A stretch of DNA of 56,156 nt from Desulfuromonas sp. Its GTDB lineage: Bacteria > Desulfobacterota > Desulfuromonadia > Desulfuromonadales > UBA2294. Shown here piece by piece: positions 52,931 through 56,156 of this stretch. Each line of letters starts with the position of its first letter. Position 1 is the first letter of the stretch. A program made the position numbers and the translations under genes. The DNA is taken from the NCBI GenBank assembly GCA_002868925.1, contig PKTZ01000163.1:1-56156 (forward strand). Direction: 5' to 3'. Below the pieces are notes generated by a model, which was given only the letters and a program-made list of their open reading frames with translations, did not search any database and was not told the DNA's origin.

Positions 52931-53581
52931 TCAGCGTGATCGCTTGACCCCGTTGCGGGGACACGCTTCCAGGATCGGGCAGACGCTGCAGAGCGGTGTC
53001 GGTGCCTTGCAGATCGCCCGGCCGTGATGGATCAGGGTGTGGCTGGTCTGGGTCCAGCGCTCGGTCGGCAATAATTTCATCAGGTCCTGTTCGACCTTTT
53101 CCGGGTCGCTCTGCCGGCTCCAACCAAGACGGTAGGCGATCCGCTTGACGTGGGTGTCGACCACCATACCGGGAATTGAAAAGACGTTACCGAGCAGGAC
53201 ATTCGCCGTCTTCCGCCCGACCCCGGGCAGCGACACCAGCCCCGCCATATCGTCCGGAACCTCCCCGCGGAATCGTGCACAGATTTCCCGGGCCGCCCCG
53301 ATCAGATTTTTCGCCTTGTTCCGGTAAAAGCCGGTACTTTTGATCAGCTCTTCGAGCTCGTCCGGATCGGCCTGCGCCAGATGCAAGGGTTCGGGGTACT
53401 TGCGGAACAGCCCGGGCGTTACCTGGTTGACCCGAACATCGGTACACTGGGCGGAGAGGATGGTGGCGACCAACAGTTGGTAAGGGTTGGCGTGCACCAG
53501 GGCGCACTCCGCTTCCGGGTAGAGCGCATCGAGACGATCGAGGGTGGCGAGTGCCTGTTTTCGGCCGCTACGAAATGCCAT
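52931..53581 (-). CDS. nth: Endonuclease III
   Basis: LSAQCTD, LPGVGRKTAN, VDTHV, C-x6-C-x2-C-x5-C. Confidence 0.97.
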   Translation of the reverse strand: MAFRSGRKQALATLDRLDALYPEAECALVHANPYQLLVATILSAQCTDVRVNQVTPGLFRKYPEPLHLAQADPDELEELIKSTGFYRNKAKNLIGAAREICARFRGEVPDDMAGLVSLPGVGRKTANVLLGNVFSIPGMVVDTHVKRIAYRLGWSRQSDPEKVEQDLMKLLPTERWTQTSHTLIHHGRAICKAPTPLCSVCPILEACPRNGVKRSR

Positions 53582-53656
53582 CGCCTTTATTTCCGCCCTG
53601 GTCGAACCGGTCTGTCCAGATCGCCGAAATCGACCTTCACAATCCGCAATCTCAAT

Positions 53657-53691
53657 GGTTTATCAACTGATTCCACAGGTTTATCAACAGG
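53657..53691. promoter_or_regulatory. Triple DnaA-box-like module, copy 2
   Basis: TTATCAACT-GATTCCACA-ggt-TTATCAACA; 29/35 identical to 47347-47381. Confidence 0.5.
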
Positions 53692-54217
53692 CCTGCTGAC
53701 GTTGCTTTAGAATATCGGAAAAACAGCGGTAATCCTCATCACTGAAAAGACAGACCCGGATGGTTTCGAGCGAAGATGGCCGCTTGAGGAAGGTTATCGC
53801 CTCGTCGATAATGATTTCGGCCGCACGCTGCAGCGGAAAGCCGAAGATACCGGTCGATATCGCCGGCAGGGAGATACTCTGCAACTGGTGCGAAGCGGCA
53901 ATATCAAGACTGCCGCGCACTGCGCCGGCGAGTTTCGTCTCCTCGTCCCCCTCGCCCATCCGCGGCCCGACGGCGTGAATCACGTAGCGCGCCTTCAGCT
54001 CGCCGCCGCCGGTAATGGCCGCCGTCCCGACCGGCGTGCCACCGATCCGGTCACACTCCTCTTGAATCGACGGGCCGCCCTTGGCCCGGATCGCTCCGGC
54101 GACTCCGGCGCCGAGCTGGAGTCGGCTGTTGGCCGCGTTGACGATAGCGTCGGTCGCCTGCTCGGTAATGTCGCCCTGGACCAGTTCAAGCCGTCTGCCG
54201 TCGATGTCGACCACCAT
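53684..54217 (-). CDS. Macro domain protein (YmdB/MacroD-like ADP-ribose hydrolase)
   Basis: GDIT, AIVNAANS, GAGVAGAI, VIHAVGP, PAISTGIFGFP. Confidence 0.92.
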   Translation of the reverse strand: MVVDIDGRRLELVQGDITEQATDAIVNAANSRLQLGAGVAGAIRAKGGPSIQEECDRIGGTPVGTAAITGGGELKARYVIHAVGPRMGEGDEETKLAGAVRGSLDIAASHQLQSISLPAISTGIFGFPLQRAAEIIIDEAITFLKRPSSLETIRVCLFSDEDYRCFSDILKQRQQAC

Positions 54218-54234
54218 AGAACCTCCCACCAGGG

Positions 54235-54984
54235 TTAGCCGTGAACGATTTCCATCCGCCGGCCGGTCGGCAGCGGTTTCTTGTCGCGCAGGTAGATACG
54301 GGGATCGACCATCTGCAGGGTCAGGATCAACGGAAGGTGTAGCGCCGCGCTGCGGCAGCGCTGAGAACGGATGACCTTGCTGTCGAGAATCCGGAGTTCG
54401 CCCTGAACATAGGCGCGGTCGCGATTGAATAGAGGGAATTTGGCCGGATAGGTACCGCTCCAGAAGACCGGCCGCTTCGCTCCGGTTCCCTGCAGCATCA
54501 ACCTGAGGGTCAGGTTGCCGGCCCCAAACCAGTTGTCGGCAAAATCGCCGAGCAGCAGCACCGGGCAGCTGATCTCACGGCTGCTCAGCAGGTCGGGACC
54601 GAGCAGGGTCTTGATCTGCTCCTTTCGGGCCCGGGCCCCGGAGCGTAGCCTGACGTTGAAGATATGAATTTTTTTGCCGTCCTTGTCGAGATCGGCCTTC
54701 TGGCAAATGCCGCCGTGGCCGAGATCGAACTCGCGGACACCGTTTAGCGGATAATAGGAAAGAAAGGCATTGGCCCCCTGGCGCCGGTGACCGTAGGCGT
54801 TCATACCGAGCTGTTCGGCGAGGAGATCGAGCTGCCCCGCCTGCGGCGAGGCATCGATATCCTGCAGGGCAACGATATCGACCGCCCGATCCTCAATGAT
54901 GCTGGAGATACGATGCGGGTCGTAGATCCCGTCGCCACCGCGGCAGCCGTTGATGTTGTAGGTCATGATGCGGATGCTGATCAT
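54235..54984 (-). CDS. Endonuclease/exonuclease/phosphatase family protein (degenerate active site)
   Basis: IMTYNI, DIVALQD, LLGDF, TYPAKFP, HLPL. Confidence 0.8.
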   Translation of the reverse strand: MISIRIMTYNINGCRGGDGIYDPHRISSIIEDRAVDIVALQDIDASPQAGQLDLLAEQLGMNAYGHRRQGANAFLSYYPLNGVREFDLGHGGICQKADLDKDGKKIHIFNVRLRSGARARKEQIKTLLGPDLLSSREISCPVLLLGDFADNWFGAGNLTLRLMLQGTGAKRPVFWSGTYPAKFPLFNRDRAYVQGELRILDSKVIRSQRCRSAALHLPLILTLQMVDPRIYLRDKKPLPTGRRMEIVHG

Positions 54985-55038
54985 CCGCGCCTCCCGGTCC
55001 GCCGCTCGCCCATCGGGGCGACCGCATAGACCTGTCGG

Positions 55039-55608
55039 TTATTTATCGATCCTCTTGACCGAAACAATCTCGACCATGGTTGCCGGCAGGTTGGCGAACG
55101 GACCGACCCCCTTCTTGACCGGCGCGTTGGCGATCTTGTCAACTACCTCCATGCCCGATACGACCTTGCCGAAGACGGCATAGCCGTAACCGCGGGTCGA
55201 CTTGTCTTTAAAGTCGAGGAAAGCGTTATCCTTGTGATTGATGAAGAACTGGCTGGTGGCGCTGTCGACAATCTGAGTCCGCGCCATGGCGATGGTGCCG
55301 CGCTTGTTCTTCAGGCCGTTGTCAGCCTCGTTCTTGACCGGCGGTGCCGTCGGCTTGCGCTTGAGGTCGGTATCGAAGCCTCCACCCTGGATCATGAAGT
55401 CCTTGATCACGCGGTGAAAGATAGTCCCGCTGTAGAAACCCTCATCGACATATTTGAGAAAATTGGCGACCGTTAGCGGTGCCTTCTTATCGTCCAGTTC
55501 GAGGGTAATGGTACCGGCGCTGGTTTCCATTTTCACCTGTACCGCGGCGAAAGCCGAGCCGGCAAACAGCAGGGTTGCCAAAAGAATGGTCAGAATCGTT
55601 GTACGCAT
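55039..55608 (-). CDS. ppiA: Periplasmic cyclophilin-type peptidyl-prolyl isomerase
   Basis: Signal peptide; [37 protein letters not shown]. Confidence 0.92.
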   Translation of the reverse strand: MRTTILTILLATLLFAGSAFAAVQVKMETSAGTITLELDDKKAPLTVANFLKYVDEGFYSGTIFHRVIKDFMIQGGGFDTDLKRKPTAPPVKNEADNGLKNKRGTIAMARTQIVDSATSQFFINHKDNAFLDFKDKSTRGYGYAVFGKVVSGMEVVDKIANAPVKKGVGPFANLPATMVEIVSVKRIDK

Positions 55609-55624
55609 CGTCTCTTCTCCTTTA

Positions 55625-56156
55625 CTAAACTCCTTCCGGCTTGAGGTCGCGCTCCATCAGGTCGCTTACCGCCTGCCGGGGATCCTTGTTATTGTACAAT
55701 ATTTCGTACATCTGATCGATCAACGGTGCCTCGACGCCGAGCTTTTGGCAGAGCTGGTAGGCCGATAGGGTCGTCTTGACCCCCTCGGCGACCATGTGCA
55801 TACCGTCGAGGATCTGCTTAAGGGTTTTACCCTGGCCGAGTTCGAAACCGACCGTCCGGTTGCGCGACAGGTCGCCGGTACAGGTCAGAACCAGGTCCCC
55901 CATCCCGGCCAGGCCGGAGAAGGTCAACGGCTCGGCCCCCATGGCAATGCCGATCCGGGTGATCTCGGCCAGCCCCCTCGTGATCAGCGCGGCCCGGGTG
56001 TTGTAACCGTAGCCGAGACCGTCCGACACTCCCGCCGCCAGCGCAATGACGTTCTTGAGCGCGCCGCCGAGCTCGACGCCGACGGCGTCGCTGTTGGTGT
56101 AGACCCGGAAATAGTCGGTACTGAAAAGCTGCTGAACCGTGTCGGCGACTGCAGCA
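55625..56156 (-). CDS. gpsA: NAD(P)H-dependent glycerol-3-phosphate dehydrogenase, 3' part (5' end beyond the window)
   Basis: [38 protein letters not shown]. Confidence 0.95.
   Translation of the reverse strand, partial: AAVADTVQQLFSTDYFRVYTNSDAVGVELGGALKNVIALAAGVSDGLGYGYNTRAALITRGLAEITRIGIAMGAEPLTFSGLAGMGDLVLTCTGDLSRNRTVGFELGQGKTLKQILDGMHMVAEGVKTTLSAYQLCQKLGVEAPLIDQMYEILYNNKDPRQAVSDLMERDLKPEGV

Overview
Chromosomal window from a GC-rich deltaproteobacterium, most likely Desulfuromonadales (inferred from gene content and order). It is mostly housekeeping genes: carD-ispD-ispF-glnS-cysS, hemW-hrcA-grpE-dnaK-dnaJ with a perfect CIRCE operator, nhaD, trxB, tol-pal, pyk-queC-folE2, PBP1A, nth, ppi and a partial gpsA. 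Several accessory patches interrupt this core. (1) A ~200-nt intergenic segment at 3894-4090 folds by eye into a multi-helix RNA with one or two pseudoknots. Its G-U pairs point to the + strand, it is flanked by repeat-like hairpins, and no cognate protein is nearby. (2) A promoter-to-terminator sRNA candidate at ~2895-2995 (-) has two anti-Shine-Dalgarno CCUCC loops. (3) A co-oriented run links gdhA, a KaiC-like/ATP-grasp/putative phospho-His 'dikinase without a substrate domain', EtfB, ferredoxin-fused EtfA and a membrane Fe-S oxidoreductase. (4) A lower-GC pair consists of an orphan tandem periplasmic binding protein divergent from a Cache-HAMP hybrid kinase. (5) comM is truncated just before Walker A and fused to a foreign gene tail. 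(6) A 250-bp nested inverted-repeat element lies between convergent genes. (7) Two copies of a 35-bp triple DnaA-box-like module lie 6.3 kb apart. No rRNA, tRNA, CRISPR array or intact transposase/integrase was seen. All calls come from reading the sequence and recalling motifs; no searches or folding programs were run.
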